Origin: a phage
DNA length: 64,000 bases
Sequence record: PZ386978.1
Strand: one strand, 5' to 3'
The translations under genes were made by a program, and so were the position numbers. Each line of letters begins with the position of its first letter. Position 1 is the stretch's first letter. The notes below the pieces were generated by a model. It worked only from the letters and a program-made list of their open reading frames with translations, had not been told where the DNA came from and made no database searches. Below, piece after piece: positions 50,425 to 58,993 of the stretch.

Positions 50425-51006
50425 TCAAGAGTATTTTTTAGGCAGTAATGCACTGCGCTTGTTACTCTCTTCACTCAATAGTGCAATGAAATCATCACTT
50501 TTACCTTTCCACGGGCTAAATGAAGGGATATGCTCACGGATAGCCTCAATCACTGTTTTAAGTGCTGTGTTCTTCATCCACCAATCAGGGTCTGCTGATG
50601 CTACCACGTAGTATCCACCGTCATCAGTTAAAATTGGCTCTGAAATACATGGTGAAATCAAAGTGGTGATAATTGAACCATTGTTCATGTAGTATGTGCG
50701 CTTCATAACCTTTTCAAGAAGCTTGTGAAGGTCACCAAACAGTGTTACAAGTTCTTTGTGGTCGATGTCTTTTTCGAGATTTGCTCGGTACTTCAATAGT
50801 GCAGCATCAACCTCTCTGTCATTAAACTTGAAGTACTGGACTTCATCAACAAGGCAAACACTGATATTGTTAACATTCATAGTCAACTTGCAAACTTTTG
50901 CAGGAGAGTTGATGTTTGGTTGAAAAAGTGCAACACACCCTTCAATATTTCCAAAGTGTTGTACAAGTGTTACTTGTGGAATGATATCCTGTTGCTCTTC
51001 GGACAT
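50425..51006 (-). CDS. hypothetical protein
   Basis: 193 aa ORF. Confidence 0.45.
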   Translation of the reverse strand: MSEEQQDIIPQVTLVQHFGNIEGCVALFQPNINSPAKVCKLTMNVNNISVCLVDEVQYFKFNDREVDAALLKYRANLEKDIDHKELVTLFGDLHKLLEKVMKRTYYMNNGSIITTLISPCISEPILTDDGGYYVVASADPDWWMKNTALKTVIEAIREHIPSFSPWKGKSDDFIALLSEESNKRSALLPKKYS

Positions 51007-51350
51007 TACAGTTTCCTCATTAAATACTTTTTAAGTTGTGTGTTAGGTTTCTCAAAAACTTCTATAGAAGATATCTTGACAGATTCACCACGCATACCAG
51101 TATGTTTGAATATGTAATACTCTAACATCCCTATGTACTTTGCTGGTAAGTCATATTTGACATACACCGTCACAGAATCTTCAAATTCGACAACCTTTGT
51201 ACCATCTTTATAGTTAAACTCTTTAGGATGGTTGTAGTTGTCTATGTCGTACATTAAAAAGAGTCTTTTACGTTGTAAGTCAAGCTTATTTGTTAAAGAC
51301 TCTTTGATATCTGAGAAGTTTTTGTAAACTGTGACATGGAGCTTACTCAT
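51006..51350 (-). CDS. hypothetical protein
   Basis: 114 aa ORF. Confidence 0.45.
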   Translation of the reverse strand: MSKLHVTVYKNFSDIKESLTNKLDLQRKRLFLMYDIDNYNHPKEFNYKDGTKVVEFEDSVTVYVKYDLPAKYIGMLEYYIFKHTGMRGESVKISSIEVFEKPNTQLKKYLMRKL

Positions 51351-51636
51351 CGTTAAACTCTCTGACGAAGAAATAGTTGACTTTGTTATTGCCTACCATA
51401 AGGTCAAAGCAGGTATTCTCAAAAGGTTTGTTGTAGGCATCGTATGAAACATATGGGTCAGCTACTTGCTTAGTGCTTAACTTCTTACTTGATGGGTTTA
51501 AGAGGCCACCATATAGTTTCTTGATAGCCTCTTCTACAACAGACCAGATAATTTCGTCAGTAATTTCTTCGTACAGGTCAAGTTCACGCTCTAGTGAGAA
51601 GTCACAAATAGGGAAAACAACCTGTACTTTACTCAT
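51343..51636 (-). CDS. hypothetical protein
   Basis: 97 aa ORF. Confidence 0.45.
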   Translation of the reverse strand: MSKVQVVFPICDFSLERELDLYEEITDEIIWSVVEEAIKKLYGGLLNPSSKKLSTKQVADPYVSYDAYNKPFENTCFDLMVGNNKVNYFFVREFNDE

Positions 51637-52031
51637 TAACGAATAACCTGTGATACTTGAATTGCTTCGGTTACTGACAAGTCACCTACTTTCTCTTCTT
51701 TGATAAAAGTGAAGGTGAGTTCAACAGGTTCTTGTTCTTCTTGCTCAACTGGAACACCATTAAGCTCATCAAAGATTGATTGAGTTGTCCAGTCTTCTCC
51801 ACCATCTGGGTAGTGGATTGCATAAAGAGGTAACTCTAAATTATACCAAGCAAAAACAGGACAACCATCTACATCATCTCGACATCTGTGTAGGTATGTG
51901 TTTGTGCCTTCAAAATGTAAATGCAGATTACCATTCTTCTCATAGAGAATCGCATCTCGCAGGTCTAGTTCTTCATCTCCACTGTAACGGCTAACATCGA
52001 CTTTAACTTTAATCTGACTGATATTATTCAT
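51636..52031 (-). CDS. hypothetical protein
   Basis: 131 aa ORF. Confidence 0.45.
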   Translation of the reverse strand: MNNISQIKVKVDVSRYSGDEELDLRDAILYEKNGNLHLHFEGTNTYLHRCRDDVDGCPVFAWYNLELPLYAIHYPDGGEDWTTQSIFDELNGVPVEQEEQEPVELTFTFIKEEKVGDLSVTEAIQVSQVIR

Positions 52032-52422
52032 AAAAACCTCTCTCTGCTAGTTTTATCTTTTCTTTGAGAGTTTCACAACGCTCTATGTGGTATTTTGCTT
52101 CACACTCATGGGTTGCTAACTCTCTTTCAAGTAGAGTTTTATAATAACCTGATAATTGCTCTGCTGTCAATGGGTGTTCAGAAATAATATCTAATCCACT
52201 CTCTCCAAGAGGGTTGAACCGACCGTACTCATCTACTTTGTAACTCTCGAACCTGAAAAACCCATTCTTAGCACGGGTGATAGGTGATAGTTCAGTTAAC
52301 TCTACAGTGAACTTTGTACAAACCTCATCACCACTTACTACAATCTGGCTGCCAATAATCCTCACCATTGAACCATCACGAGTGTACTTAAAAGTCCCAA
52401 AATCACTAGCCCAAAGTTTCAT
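52024..52422 (-). CDS. hypothetical protein
   Basis: 132 aa ORF. Confidence 0.45.
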   Translation of the reverse strand: MKLWASDFGTFKYTRDGSMVRIIGSQIVVSGDEVCTKFTVELTELSPITRAKNGFFRFESYKVDEYGRFNPLGESGLDIISEHPLTAEQLSGYYKTLLERELATHECEAKYHIERCETLKEKIKLAERGFYE

Positions 52423-52441
52423 AGTTTTCTCCTTATGAAAA

Positions 52442-52463
52442 TAAAAAGGCTCCCGAAGGAGCC
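52442..52463 (-). terminator. intrinsic terminator downstream of the endolysin gene
   Basis: On minus strand: GGCTCCTTCGGGAGCC followed by TTTTTAT. Confidence 0.55.
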
Positions 52464-52473
52464 TATGAAGATA

Positions 52474-52938
52474 TTACTTTGGGTATACACTGTCAAGATA
52501 AATGTCAGCTTCCATTCTACGTCTGTTTTTCAGGCCGTTTGAAGTGACCCTCTTACCTTTGACTGTAACCTTGTTCCACCACTGCATAGCTTCTGCACAA
52601 CCTACCTTGTCACCAGCATTATGTCGCTTGATAAATGTAGAATCCTGCATAGCTGTGATACCGATGTTGTATGTTTCACTTACAAGTGCATCAAACTCGT
52701 TCTGAGAAGTTGGAACCTTGATGGCTTTGTTCACTGCTGCAACGAACTTTTCAACATCTTCGAGAAGATACTGTTCAGCTTGTTCAGCGGTAATCTTCAT
52801 ACCCATCTTAACAGGTTTACCAGAAATACGGATTGTTCCGTACCCAATTGTAGGGATTCCAGCAGAATCTTCGTAAGCCTCTAGCTTAAGACCTTCAAAG
52901 AACTTAATAGCCTCTAAACCTTTCTGTGAGAGTTGCAT
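52474..52938 (-). CDS. endolysin, glycoside hydrolase family 24 (T4-lysozyme-like)
   Basis: N-terminal EGLKLEAYEDSAGIPTIGYG catalytic E...D...T signature. Confidence 0.8.
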   Translation of the reverse strand: MQLSQKGLEAIKFFEGLKLEAYEDSAGIPTIGYGTIRISGKPVKMGMKITAEQAEQYLLEDVEKFVAAVNKAIKVPTSQNEFDALVSETYNIGITAMQDSTFIKRHNAGDKVGCAEAMQWWNKVTVKGKRVTSNGLKNRRRMEADIYLDSVYPK

Positions 52939-54323
52939 TATGCCTCCCCTGCTGGGTTAACTGTAACTGTTGCCGCATTAGATGTTACAGAGCCACCTGC
53001 GCCAGTAACTACACAGGTGTAGCTTCCTGCATCAGCAGTGGTTGCACCTTCTTTGGTGTAAGTTGCAGTAGTTGCATCAAGGATGTCTTCCTCACCTTTC
53101 TTCCACTGGTAACCTGTCGCACCTGTTGCCACAACATTCAGTGTTAAGGTCTCACCTTCAGTGATTTCTTGATTGGTTGGCTGTTGAGTGATTACCGGAA
53201 GTGCATTCACAGTAACTGTTGCTGCATTAGATGTGACTGTTGTGCCACCTGCACCAGTAACTACACAAGTGTATGAACCAGCATCGGCAGGAGCTACACT
53301 AGCTTTCGTGTAAGTCGCACCAGTTGCACTAGGGATGTTTACATTGTCCTTTTTCCATTGGTAACCTTCTGCGCCTGTAGCCTCAACACTCAGTGTCAAA
53401 GAGCTACCATCATTAACTACCTGATTGGTTGGCTGCTTGGTAATAACTGGTAAAGCATTTACCGTGACAGTTGCAGGGCTAGAAGTAACAGAACCACCTG
53501 CACCTGTTACGACGCAAGTGTATGAACCTGCATCTGCTGGCAGAGCACCAGACTTGCTATAGGTAGCCCCTGTAGCCGAAGGAATGTCAGAGCCATCTTT
53601 CTTCCACTGGTAACCCGTTGCACCCGTTGCAGTCACTTCCAAGCTGATGTTTCCACCCTCATTGATGGTCTGGCTAGAAGGTTGCTGTGTAATCACAGGT
53701 AGTGCGTTAACAGTAACTGTTGCCGCATCTGAGGTAACACTTGTCCCAGCCTCTCCAGATACAACACAAGTGTATGAACCAGCATCAGAAGGTGCTACAG
53801 ACTGTTTTGTGTAGGTTGCAGATGTGGCGCTAGTGATATCCTCACCATCCTTTTTCCATTGATATCCAGTGGCATTAGTTGCAATAATGCTTAGGGTAAG
53901 TGTACCACCTTCATTTACTGTTTGATTGGTTGGTTGCTGAGTAATTGATGGTGGCTTGATAGCATCCTTCAACTTAGCGTTCAACATTGAGAACGGCTTA
54001 ACCCTTGCCAACCATTCACAATAAATTGTATCAACGTCTTTACCATTGATAATTGCATATTGTAAGTCCATGAAGAAGTCAGAAGTTCTCATTTGAGCAC
54101 CGATGCTGTAAAGCAACTCATCACTAAATGGAACTTTGTAGTCTGGTTTGTAGTCAAACTCCTCAACTTCTGCAATATCAGCTTCAGGCCAATACGAACT
54201 GTAGGTAAGTGGTAAAATAGCCTCTTGATATGTTCTAAAATCATATCTCTTACCAGCTTTTACGTTTGCAATGAAGCCCTTCACAAACTCTTTGAAGTCT
54301 GGGTAAGTCTTTGCTTTAATCAT
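52938..54323 (-). CDS. protein with four tandem Ig-like domains
   Basis: 461 aa; four ~90 aa repeats each with GATGYQWKKDG...SATGATY...ADAGSYTCVV; N-terminal ~110 aa paralogous to 54320..54691. Confidence 0.6.
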   Translation of the reverse strand: MIKAKTYPDFKEFVKGFIANVKAGKRYDFRTYQEAILPLTYSSYWPEADIAEVEEFDYKPDYKVPFSDELLYSIGAQMRTSDFFMDLQYAIINGKDVDTIYCEWLARVKPFSMLNAKLKDAIKPPSITQQPTNQTVNEGGTLTLSIIATNATGYQWKKDGEDITSATSATYTKQSVAPSDAGSYTCVVSGEAGTSVTSDAATVTVNALPVITQQPSSQTINEGGNISLEVTATGATGYQWKKDGSDIPSATGATYSKSGALPADAGSYTCVVTGAGGSVTSSPATVTVNALPVITKQPTNQVVNDGSSLTLSVEATGAEGYQWKKDNVNIPSATGATYTKASVAPADAGSYTCVVTGAGGTTVTSNAATVTVNALPVITQQPTNQEITEGETLTLNVVATGATGYQWKKGEEDILDATTATYTKEGATTADAGSYTCVVTGAGGSVTSNAATVTVNPAGEA

Positions 54324-54691
54324 TTCTTTTTAGCCTCTAAATGTGCGTTTAGTCTAAAATAACCTTTGTGGTGTGGAGATACATCACCAACAACAATGCC
54401 TTTAACCTTATAACCTTTACCAATTACATACTGGATATCCATAAGGAATCTTCCAAGACCAACAATATGGAACATTGGATATAATAGATTCTCAGAGTCT
54501 GGGATATTGATTTCTGGTTTATAGGTGCGTTGTTCGCTTGTTGGTGTAATATCTTCTTCAGGCCATTTACTGAGTCTCCATGTCAAAGGTGTTGGGATAA
54601 CATCATTAAGGTTGTACCTTTCACCATTTTGCACGGAATTGATATAGGATTGTAGGAAGCAATAAAAGTCTTTTGCACTCTTAGCTTTCAT
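54320..54691 (-). CDS. hypothetical protein, paralogue of the N-terminal domain of the Ig-repeat protein
   Basis: Shared pattern KAK...F...V..G.RY...SKWPE.DI...YKP...FMD(I/L)QY(V/A)I. Confidence 0.5.
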   Translation of the reverse strand: MKAKSAKDFYCFLQSYINSVQNGERYNLNDVIPTPLTWRLSKWPEEDITPTSEQRTYKPEINIPDSENLLYPMFHIVGLGRFLMDIQYVIGKGYKVKGIVVGDVSPHHKGYFRLNAHLEAKKK

Positions 54692-54738
54692 TAAATATCC
54701 TTATAAATAGTTAAAGGGGCATCAGCCCCTATTCACAC

Positions 54739-55329
54739 TTAAGCTTTGGTCTTAAGTAGGTTCTTAAGTTTTTTAAGATTCATACTCTCATCAAACTTAA
54801 AACCAAATCCATTGACATAATCAATGAACTCGGATTTCTTACTGAGTGACAGTGCGTAACTCATATCAAAGTTCTTACTTGTTTCTGCGTCTGGACTAGA
54901 GTTCACATCAAATGAAATTTCTGTAGGCTCTTGCTTACTTTTTCTCATATTATCAACCAACAAACATGTATAGTTTGCTGGATAGAAGTTTACACTACCA
55001 TCAACGTAGCTGTACTTATTATTATGGATAAGGTTGGAAAATACCTTAAGGAATGTTTCTGAGTCGTGGCAAACAAGTTTGAATTGGCTACTCTCTCCAA
55101 GCGCAACTAATGAGTACGGGCTTTCACTATCAAAGTTATAGTTTGGATTCGATGCAGTCACTGTTACACGCATCAAGTTATTAGCAATAGTCTTCTGTTT
55201 AAAAGAATTTTGAACATAGTGAAGACCCCTCTCACACTGATTGACTAGCTCTTTAAGTAGGTCATTTGCATATGGTGAGTTAATTGATACAGAGCCGTCA
55301 CTATTGTAATTAAAACTTACTGTTAACAT
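54739..55329 (-). CDS. hypothetical protein
   Basis: 196 aa ORF. Confidence 0.45.
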   Translation of the reverse strand: MLTVSFNYNSDGSVSINSPYANDLLKELVNQCERGLHYVQNSFKQKTIANNLMRVTVTASNPNYNFDSESPYSLVALGESSQFKLVCHDSETFLKVFSNLIHNNKYSYVDGSVNFYPANYTCLLVDNMRKSKQEPTEISFDVNSSPDAETSKNFDMSYALSLSKKSEFIDYVNGFGFKFDESMNLKKLKNLLKTKA

Positions 55330-55556
55330 TTTTCAGTTCTCCTGCGATTTATAATTTTGCTGCAATAGAGAAACGAAGTAAACTCACTGGAAGAAACCAC
55401 TAAGTGTTGTTCACTAGATTGAGCCATTGCCCTGAAATACATTCCAGTCAAAGCATCATAGTGACTATTCTTTCCAATTGAGGTTATATAGCCATGACTC
55501 TTTGCAGTTTGATATAAATCTATAATATCTGTGATTTCTAATTGGGAACTACACAT
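55323..55556 (-). CDS. hypothetical protein
   Basis: 77 aa; first gene of the minus-strand block. Confidence 0.4.
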   Translation of the reverse strand: MCSSQLEITDIIDLYQTAKSHGYITSIGKNSHYDALTGMYFRAMAQSSEQHLVVSSSEFTSFLYCSKIINRRRTEKC

Positions 55557-55948
55557 AGATAATCCTCTTGTCTTCTGTAATTTTGAAAGAACAGGTACAG
55601 ACCAATTTCAGAGGATGAATAGTAGATTAATTCTACTCTTTTTGATTCCTTACAGTGATTGGTATTCTTACCTTTCTTCGGTTTATTTGATTTTCTCATT
55701 AAGTCTCCTTTGTAGAACAAGGCAGACCTACAGCTTTAAGTAAGATGGTACAGTAATCCATACAACAAGTCAAGAACTATTGCAAGTTAAAAAAGTTGTT
55801 GACAAAGTACTTGACAAGGTGTAGGCTTATAAATACTTAGAAGATAACTTAAAAGGTTCCTCTAAAAAGGCTATTTAAACAGATATCTTTCTGGATATCT
55901 ATCTTTTATCTTAAAAGCCTTTTAAGAGGTCTTATAAGAGGCATACCA

Positions 55949-56320
55949 ATGAAAAACAGAACAAACAAAGGCCAGTTTAAAAAAGGCCAATCTGGAAACC
56001 CATCTGGAAGACCAAAAGGCTCTCGTAACAAAAGCTCACTTGTAAAAGCTCAACTGACCATTGATAATTCTGCTGAGTTTGCTGCAAAACTGTTTGAGGC
56101 GATTGTTACAAGGGACGCTGCTAAGCTTGCAGAGTTCGGGTTAAACACAGACGACGTAACCATCAAGAGTATGATTGAGGTCGGTAAAACCATCTTTACT
56201 CACTCAGCAGGTGAGATGAAAGCACTTGCAGCAGACACTAAGAAGACTCCTGATAACGGTGGTCAGTCCCAGACAGATAACAAACCAACGTTCTCTGCTG
56301 TTGCAACGCTCAAAAAATAA
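55949..56320 (+). CDS. hypothetical protein with N-terminal GNPSGRPKG motif
   Basis: 123 aa; basic N-terminus KGQFKKGQSGNPSGRPKGSRNK. Confidence 0.5.
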   Translation: MKNRTNKGQFKKGQSGNPSGRPKGSRNKSSLVKAQLTIDNSAEFAAKLFEAIVTRDAAKLAEFGLNTDDVTIKSMIEVGKTIFTHSAGEMKALAADTKKTPDNGGQSQTDNKPTFSAVATLKK

Positions 56321-56402
56321 TTTTAAAAGGTGTTGACAGACTCTACAAAGTTGCTCTAAAGTCTGTCACATCGACAAACAAAATGAGAGAAGAGAGTAAA
56401 AT

Positions 56403-57818
56403 ATGAGCGAATTATTTAAACATGCGCACCTTCATGCAGGTCGAACTGAAAATGTTGCTGTAAACCATACTTCATCAATGTCTGCTCTTGTAGACTTTTA
56501 CAAAGCTGCTGGTTCAAGCCGTAGCAATGTAGAAATCTTACCAGACCTGTTCTACAAAGCTTTGCGTGAGGATGTTGATGTTGCAGTTCGTATTTTACTG
56601 CATATGCGAGATGTACGAGAAGGTATGGGTGAGCGTAAAGCCTTCAGAACTGTTTTACTTCAAGCAATCGAAGACAAAGTTTTAGAGCCTACACAGGTTC
56701 TTCGCATTATGGATAAGATTGCAGAACTTGGTCGTTTTGATGACTTCAAAATCTTCGTAGGTACTCGTTTCGAGACAGATGCCTTCAAACATTTAGAAGC
56801 AGCATTACTAGACCCTGCAACAGCAGGTTTGGCAGCTAAGTGGTTACCACGAGTCAAACCACGTCATAAACAGTTTGTAAAACGTTTCTGCAAGTTTGCC
56901 AACTTGAGTGAGAAAGAGTACCGTACACTGTTGTCTGCACTATCTGATACAGTTGAGCAAAAAATCTCTGCTAATGAGTTTGGTAAGATTGATTACAGTA
57001 AGATTCCTTCACTTGCTGCTGCACGTTACCAAAAACTGTTTAACCGTAAAGATGGAGAACGCTACAAAGCTTACATTGAGTCTTTATCAAAGGGTGAGGC
57101 TAAGATTAATGCTGGTGCTGTTTACCCATACGATGTGATTAAATCTGTCAAGCATGGTAATGCAGATGTTGCTAATGAGCAGTGGAAAGCACTACCAAAC
57201 TGGATGGCAGAGGGTGAAAACATCTTATGTATGACTGATGTTTCAAGCTCAATGTCTTGGGTGAATTTTGGTTCAATCACTGCTCTTGATATTGGCGTAT
57301 CACTTGCCTTGTATGTAGCAGAACACAATACAGGTTGCTTTAAGGATGAGTTGATGGTTTATTCAACAAACCCTCACTTCATTGAACTGAGTGGTGATTT
57401 ACGAAACCGTCATCGTCAGGTGATGCGATACGTTGAATATGGCTCAACTAACTTACAAGCAGCTTTTGAACGCATTCTTGAGATAGGTAAGAGAAACAAC
57501 TTGACTCAGAAAGATATGCCAAGTAAGCTTATCATCTTCTCCGATATGGAGTTCAATCAGGTTGATGGAGCTAACGGTCGTACAAACTTTGAAGCAATTC
57601 AGAGTAAGTACAAGAAAGCTGGATACGAAATGCCACAACTGGTATTCTGGTACTTAGCAAACCGTAATGGTACTTGCGAAGTATCTGTTAAGGATAACGG
57701 TGTAGCAATGGTATCTGGTTTCTCTCCAGCCACTTTAAAAGCTCTGCTTGGTGGTGAGAAGTTTGACCCAATCAGCGTAATGCTCAAAGCAGTAATGATT
57801 GACCGTTATATCTGGTAA
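56403..57818 (+). CDS. vWA-domain protein (MIDAS DxSxS), possibly Ro60/TROVE-like
   Basis: 471 aa; MIDAS-like CMTDVSSSM in C-terminal half; helical N-terminal half; TROVE assignment is a guess. Confidence 0.45.
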   Translation: MSELFKHAHLHAGRTENVAVNHTSSMSALVDFYKAAGSSRSNVEILPDLFYKALREDVDVAVRILLHMRDVREGMGERKAFRTVLLQAIEDKVLEPTQVLRIMDKIAELGRFDDFKIFVGTRFETDAFKHLEAALLDPATAGLAAKWLPRVKPRHKQFVKRFCKFANLSEKEYRTLLSALSDTVEQKISANEFGKIDYSKIPSLAAARYQKLFNRKDGERYKAYIESLSKGEAKINAGAVYPYDVIKSVKHGNADVANEQWKALPNWMAEGENILCMTDVSSSMSWVNFGSITALDIGVSLALYVAEHNTGCFKDELMVYSTNPHFIELSGDLRNRHRQVMRYVEYGSTNLQAAFERILEIGKRNNLTQKDMPSKLIIFSDMEFNQVDGANGRTNFEAIQSKYKKAGYEMPQLVFWYLANRNGTCEVSVKDNGVAMVSGFSPATLKALLGGEKFDPISVMLKAVMIDRYIW

Positions 57819-57836
57819 AAAGTTTTAAAAAGGGTA

Positions 57837-57865
57837 TTGACAATGTGTTTGATACCCTTTAATAT
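57837..57865 (+). promoter_or_regulatory. sigma70-like promoter upstream of tRNA cluster
   Basis: TTGACA 57837-57842, 17 nt spacer, TAATAT 57860-57865. Confidence 0.55.
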
Positions 57866-57927
57866 GTTCTACATAGAAACGAAACGAGAGCTTTTCTAAG
57901 ATACTGAAAAATATTTTAAAAAAGTTC

Positions 57928-57958
57928 TTGACAATCACTAAAAAATAATGTTAAAGTG
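57928..57958 (+). promoter_or_regulatory. possible second promoter upstream of tRNA cluster
   Basis: TTGACA 57928-57933 with weak -10 candidates (TTAAAG/TAAAGT). Confidence 0.35.
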
Positions 57959-57983
57959 GTTACATAGAGTTTGAAAAGTTTAT

Positions 57984-58057
57984 CTCTGTTTAGCTCAGCT
58001 TGGTAGAGCGTTCCGTTTGGGGCGGTAAGGCCGGAGGTTCAAGTCCTCCAACAGAGA
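57984..58057 (+). tRNA. tRNA-Pro (anticodon UGG)
   Basis: Acceptor CTCTGTT/AACAGAG, D-arm GCTC..GAGC, anticodon loop TTTGGGG, T-arm GGAGGTTCAAGTCCTCC, CCA encoded. Confidence 0.7.
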
Positions 58058-58067
58058 CCAAATTAAT

Positions 58068-58142
58068 GTTCCAGTAGACAAAATGGTATAGTCACCACTC
58101 TTTCAAAGTGGATATTTGAGGGTTCAAATCCCTTCTGGAACG
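58068..58142 (+). tRNA. tRNA-Glu (anticodon UUC)
   Basis: Acceptor GTTCCAG/CTGGAAC, anticodon stem CCACT/AGTGG with loop CTTTCAA, T-loop TTCAAAT, CCA encoded. Confidence 0.7.
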
Positions 58143-58152
58143 CCAGTTTTGA

Positions 58153-58226
58153 CAGAAGACCAATTACAGCAAACTTAATCTTATTCATCTGAAGGTAAAT
58201 CGGACAAAGAAGAGATTTGGTCTGGT
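58153..58226 (+). ncRNA. conserved stem-closed element, copy 1
   Basis: CAGAAGACCAATTACAGCAA...ATTTGGTCTGG; stem AGACCAA/TTGGTCT. Confidence 0.4.
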
Positions 58227-58237
58227 CATTAAGAATT

Positions 58238-58310
58238 GCGGGTATAGAGAAAGGGCGTCTCACATGTCTCATTAGCATGGTATCGGCAGGTTCGACTCCT
58301 GCACCCGCCT
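58238..58310 (+). tRNA. tRNA-Met family (anticodon CAU; initiator, elongator or Ile-lysidine undetermined)
   Basis: D-stem GAGA/TCTC, anticodon stem CATGT/GCATG with loop CTCATTA, T-arm GCAGGTTCGACTCCTGC; acceptor boundary ambiguous by 1 nt. Confidence 0.6.
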
Positions 58311-58317
58311 CCAAATT

Positions 58318-58384
58318 TACAGAAGACCGTTTACAGCAATATTTATTAAATTTTTAGCGGAAAAATTGAAAGATACGGTCTGGT
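58318..58384 (+). ncRNA. conserved stem-closed element, copy 2
   Basis: CAGAAGACCGTTTACAGCAA...ATACGGTCTGG; stem AGACCGT/ACGGTCT (compensatory to copy 1). Confidence 0.4.
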
Positions 58385-58396
58385 AATACTAAACAT

Positions 58397-58470
58397 GGTT
58401 AGGAAGCACATAAGGTATGTGCGGTCGCCTGTTAAGCGAATGGCACAGGGTTCGAATCCCTGACTAACCG
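58397..58470 (+). tRNA. tRNA-Asn (anticodon GUU)
   Basis: Acceptor GGTTAGG/ACTAACC, D-stem GCAC/GTGC, anticodon loop CTGTTAA, T-arm CAGGGTTCGAATCCCTG, CCA encoded. Confidence 0.7.
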
Positions 58471-58542
58471 CCAAATTTAGGAGAGAAGCGATTGCTCACC
58501 GATTTGTAAGGTGCAAGTCCTTAGCCTGAATAGAAATTAAAT

Positions 58543-58627
58543 GTGTCGTTATCCCGTAGATGGTAGCGGTGGGGACTGTAAATCCCTTGTCATTGAGACT
58601 CGGTAGGTTCGACTCCTACACGGCACA
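58543..58627 (+). tRNA. tRNA-Tyr (anticodon GUA), long variable arm
   Basis: 85 nt; acceptor GTGTCGT/ACGGCAC, anticodon loop CTGTAAA, long variable arm, T-arm GTAGGTTCGACTCCTAC, CCA encoded. Confidence 0.65.
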
Positions 58628-58635
58628 CCAATAAA

Positions 58636-58710
58636 GGTTATGTAGTTTAATTTGGTTAAAATACTCCCCTGTCACGGGAGATGATGAGGGTTCAAATCCA
58701 TTCGTAACCG
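58636..58710 (+). tRNA. tRNA-Asp (anticodon GUC)
   Basis: Acceptor GGTTATG/CGTAACC, anticodon stem CTCCC/GGGAG with loop CTGTCAC, T-loop TTCAAAT, CCA encoded. Confidence 0.65.
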
Positions 58711-58773
58711 CCAATTTTGAGAGGGCTATTTAGCCCCTCCCTTAAAGAGTTCTTACGAGTATTCTTTAAAGGA

Positions 58774-58849
58774 GCAGAAGACCAAATACAGCAAGTTACT
58801 TAAAATTTCAAGCCAATTTAATTTTGAAAAATTTAAAACTTGGTCTGGC
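58774..58849 (+). ncRNA. conserved stem-closed element, copy 3
   Basis: CAGAAGACCAAATACAGCAA...CTTGGTCTGG; stem AGACCAA/TTGGTCT. Confidence 0.4.
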
Positions 58850-58860
58850 TCAACAAATTT

Positions 58861-58993
58861 ACAGAAGACCGTTTACAGCAAAACTTAAACAATCTATTTC
58901 TCGGTAAAGAAAAGGCGAAGGTTCGATTCCTTCACTCGGCAGATGTCGAGTTGGTGTAATGGTAGCACTTAAGATGATAAACAACGGTCTGGT
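58861..58993 (+). ncRNA. conserved stem-closed element, copy 4, with an embedded permuted tRNA-like segment
   Basis: CAGAAGACCGTTTACAGCAA...AACGGTCTGG; interior has T-arm GAAGGTTCGATTCCTTC + ACTCGGC directly followed by GTCGAGT + D-arm-like GGTGTAATGGTAGCAC. Confidence 0.4.

Noticed and set aside
58063-58314. 83 aa minus-strand ORF in the supplied track
   Set aside because: Lies entirely across tRNA-Glu, element copy 1 and tRNA-Met on the opposite strand; explained by the tRNA genes
58474-58540. Possible tRNA between tRNA-Asn and tRNA-Tyr (T-arm-like AAGGTGCAAGTCCTT)
   Set aside because: No complementary acceptor strands and no anticodon arm could be formed; may be a decayed tRNA but is not callable
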